A program made the translations under genes and the position numbers. The notes below the pieces were generated by a model. That model had not been told where the DNA came from and did no database searches. It saw only the letters and a program-made list of their open reading frames with translations. From assembly GCF_006345805.1 (NCBI RefSeq), contig NC_043007.1, forward strand, positions 32,178,001-32,242,000: a DNA stretch of 64,000 nucleotides, in the 5' to 3' direction. Shown here one piece after another: positions 60,458-64,000 of this stretch. Each line of letters opens with the position of its first letter. Positions within the stretch are counted from its first letter, which is position 1. This DNA is from Octopus sinensis. Taxonomy: Eukaryota.

Positions 60458-60583
60458 CTGTATTTGATGGCATAAAAGATTCATGGATATATTAAGTGCA
60501 CTCCAATGCATATAGGGCCCAGGGTGGTGTTTTCGAAATATTTTTTTGAAACAAAAGTGTGTCTTATTTGCCATCAAATACAG
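60458..60583. mobile_element. Short Tc/pogo-like MITE
   Basis: TA-CTGTATTTGATGGCA...TGCCATCAAATACAG-TA. Confidence 0.75.
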
Positions 60584-61082
60584 TAATATAACTGAAGTGA
60601 ATTAGTGATTGGTTGTTGGAAACCTGTAACCATTGATACTCAGGTTCAATCCCACTCTGTGGATCTTTGGGCAAATGGCTTCTACTAAATCTCTAGGCGG
60701 ACCAAATCCTTGTGAGTGGATTTGATAGACAGAATATGAAAGAAGCCTGTTGGAGAGGTTGCGTGCGTGTGTGTGTGTGTGTGTGTGAGACATTGGGTGA
60801 TTGTTGAAAATGAATGTCATTCACGTCCAATATTCTACAAAAACATGCCTGACTATGGAGAACTGTTACTTTTCTTGGAAACGGTTAAGGTTTGGCCATA
60901 GAAAAGCTGCTCAATAAACTCTGTCCAACCCATGCAATCATGGAAAAATGGATGTTAAAACAATGACGAGGATGATGAAGGAAATGAATCGTTAAGATAA
61001 CAAAATTGAAACAAAGTAAGAGAATTGTAATCCGACAGTTTACAATTATCATTTTATTAACTATTTTTCTTTCCCTTTAAAG

Positions 61083-61175
61083 ATTACTGCAATGGAGACT
61101 ATTGACTGGATGAAGCCTTGTACAGATCCTATGCCATCGTTAGAAGAACTTCGGACATGGAAAGCAACCGGAAAA
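61083..61175 (+). CDS. CMTR1: CMTR1 exon (ITAMETIDWMKPCTDPMPSLEELRTWKATGK)
   Basis: AAG acceptor and GTAAGT donor, 93 nt; matches PSACEQVSWFPEC...EMSDWMVVGK. Confidence 0.9.
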
Positions 61176-61279
61176 GTAAGTTTTAATGTACAAGTATTGC
61201 TTTGAAAATGTCCTGGGTAAGACTTTAAACTAATCCAGTAGTAGAGTCCTGGTTCAGGACTCCATGGTTTTGAAGAATA

Positions 61280-61774
61280 CCGTAAATCCTTGAGTATAAT
61301 CCGCATTTTTTCCACAAAATTTAAAGGTCAAAATCCCTAGTGCGTGCTATATACACGATTAAAAATGAAAATTATTTTCTAAGCAATGTCCGAGTCTCTA
61401 TTTGCTGTCCGGCAATGTTTATTCCGACGCATTTTGTGATGTCAGGCACCAAAATACGTTAAGCTAAGCCTGAAAGCAATGAAGTCCTAAAAGAATCATC
61501 CATAACTTGCAGTAAGCAACATTTGTTGAACATTATTACTGTTATTTCTTTATTTTCTGCAAACAAAATGCACAAAAAAGCTACACGTTTGCATTATGTT
61601 ATATATACAATAATAATAAAGGATGTTACCGTATACAGTTTTACAAACCAAGGACGTTATATAGACTTCCTTGACTCAAGTTAGAGAAGGGGTGCGTATT
61701 ATGCACAAAGTTTAAGTTTTTCAGAGGTACAGCCCCCTAAAAGTCCCCTGCGTATTATACTCGAGGATTTACGG
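61280..61774. mobile_element. Tc2/pogo-like non-autonomous element
   Basis: TA-CCGTAAATCCTTGAGTATAAT...ATTATACTCGAGGATTTACGG-TA: TIRs with TA TSD. Confidence 0.85.
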
Positions 61775-62153
61775 TAGTCACTAATGTTCCCTGGTCTTCT
61801 CTGATCTGCTGTAGTAACACCTGTCAGGACCCCAGCTGTGGGTTAATTAGTATATCATGGAAGAAACGCCAAGCACAAACCTTCACCTTGTGAGTGCCTT
61901 GGGGAAAGAAAACGGTTAGGGGAGTTACCCTTAGCAGCAAATATGAGGAATTACTAGCATCAGGTTTGATGTCAAGAAATTGATCATTTGAAGAAAACAT
62001 ATAATAAAGGAAGAATGCTTGGAAAATAGATTCTTAAAGGAAACTATTCATATTTTCTACGTGAAAAATATTTATTGTGGAGACAAAGATCTCTGCTATT
62101 CTATTCAAGAAGTCCATGTGTAAGATACTAATTACTATTAATTTTATTTGCAG

Positions 62154-62225
62154 AAAAAGAGGATTATAGATGATGAACTGAACTTTATTTCAAGTGAATT
62201 GTTGAGTGGAATCCTGGATTCTAAA
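62154..62225 (+). CDS. CMTR1: CMTR1 exon (KKRIIDDELNFISSELLSGILDSK); gene continues beyond the window
   Basis: GCAG acceptor and GTAAGT donor, 72 nt; matches [24 protein letters not shown]. Confidence 0.9.
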
Positions 62226-63179
62226 GTAAGTGCCTTTTACCTTTTACTTGTTTCAATCATTGGTCCACGGTCATGCTGAGGCACCATGTTAAGGGTCTTA
62301 GTTGAACAAATTGATCCCAGTGCCTACTTTGGCATGGTTTCTCTGGTTGGATGCCCTTCCAAGCACCAACCGCTTTACAGTGTGTATCTAGTGCTTGTTT
62401 TGTGCCACCAGTTCAAGTGAGGTTGCCAAGCAGTTTGCAGGGCTACAAATTCAACAGGGGCCACTTTATACAGGAATATGAGGAGCAAAAGATGTGTAAA
62501 CGCATGAGAGAAGGGACCAGAGCAGAACAGGTTTTCTTACTGTAGAGGGACTACATAACTACTTCCATTTCAGAAGAGAGCGCATGTGGAGCCAGAGAGC
62601 AATGAGGCTGCAAACTAATATTAAAAAACCATTCTTTAAGGCAGCAACCTGGCAGAATTGTTAGCAGCATTTCATTTATCTTTACGATCTGAGGTCAACT
62701 TTGCCCTTTATCCTTTGGGGGCGGGGTGGGGTCGATAAAATAAGTACCAGTTGAGCACTGGGGTCAATGTAATCAACTAACCCCGTGCCCGAAATTGCTG
62801 GCCTTGTGCCAAAATCTGAAACCAATATTAAACACCGTTTTCATTAAAGTCTTAGCATTTAGCTCATACAATGCAGTTTGATCTGTTGTTTATTTTCCTT
62901 GAATAACTTTCATTATTTCCTCAAACACTTTTTTCTTTCCACTAATCCTTTCAAGTAATCACACATTTTACAATTGTTGTCATATTTTTAACTCTCTCTC
63001 TTTCTCTCTCTCTCTTAATTTAAGTAGTTTAATTAAACTAACTTTTCACCTCAATGTTTACTTTGTTCCCCTTCACTTTCCTTTTCAGACAAACTGTTTG
63101 TCTGGGTGCATCTCCTTTTTCACTGCCAGTCATTCTGCTCTGCAACACATCACACCAATAAAACCTTCACTGCTGCTTC

Positions 63180-63655
63180 ATCATCATCAGCATCATTATT
63201 TAACATCCATTTTCCACGCTGACATGGGTTGGATGGTTTGACCAGAGCCGGTAAAGCCAGGAGCTGCACCAAGTTCCATTGTTTGTTCTGGCATGGTTTC
63301 TATGGCTGGAGGCCCTTCCGAATGCCAACCACTCCACAGTGTGCTGGATGCTTACTGTGTGGTACCAGTACGAGTGCCTTTTTCTGTGTGACACTAGCAC
63401 TGGTACCGGTATCGATTCTGCTGTGGTAGTCGGGTCTTCTTGGGTACAGCAAGGCGCCAGATATCTTGGTCTTTTGCCATCTCTTTCATAATGTTCAGTG
63501 TCTTGGGATCGGCCTTCAGCTCTCTGCTCCATGTTTTCCTGGGCCTTCCTCTTCCACAAGTTCCATCCATTTTAATTGATTGGCACTTTTGTATACAACT
63601 GTTTACATCCCTCTGCATCACATGACCAAACCAATGTATTCTTCTCTCTCTTGCA
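63180..63655 (-). mobile_element. Older RTE LINE 3' fragment
   Basis: GTCGRGRPRKTW remnant homologous to the end of ORF 18271-19167, followed by a 3'UTR and (ATG)n tail. Confidence 0.85.
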
Positions 63656-64000
63656 CATCATCATCATCATCATCATCGTTTAACATCCGTTTTCCATGCT
63701 AGCATGGGTTGGACGGTTCGACCGGGGTCGGGGAAGCCAGGAGGCTGCACCAGGCTCCAGTCTGATCTGGCAGTGTTTCTACAGCTGGATGCCCTTCCTA
63801 ACGTCAACCACTCCATGAGTACAGTGGGTGCTTTTTACGTGCCACTGGCACAGGTGCCAGGGGAGGCTGGCAATGACCACGTTCAGATGGAGCTTTTTAT
63901 GTGCCACTGGCACAGGTATCACAACTACAATTTCCATTTGATATTTATTTTGATGTTGATGTACTTGACTCAATAGGTCTCCTCAAGCACAACAGGTCAC

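Overview
AT-rich, repeat-dense eukaryotic DNA. The SINE and LINE content and the protein sequences point to a coleoid cephalopod, probably Octopus (inference). Two multi-exon genes lie on the + strand. (1) PHF10/SAYP (BAF45a, a PBAF subunit) starts with a >3.3-kb low-complexity exon that begins before the window. The SAY-domain exons (6874-12904) and the double PHD finger exons (14576-36736) follow, with a probable last exon at 41008-41080. (2) The 5' part of CMTR1 (cap1 2'-O-methyltransferase) starts with an ATG at 50441. It has a triplicated acidic N-terminal exon module, then the G-patch exon and two more exons, and continues past the window end. Introns hold several tRNA-derived SINE families, a 5'-truncated RTE LINE with a PHD finger in its ORF, two decayed mariners, hAT, Tc/pogo and piggyBac-like MITEs, and (TA)n-flanked fold-back elements carrying Penelope-type hammerhead ribozyme cores. 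The main leads are four: candidate alternative ends of PHF10 that cut its first PHD finger in half, the phase-compatible CMTR1 exon-module triplication, the hammerhead-bearing palindromes, and the PHD-containing RTE. All exon and motif calls were made by eye; no searches were run.
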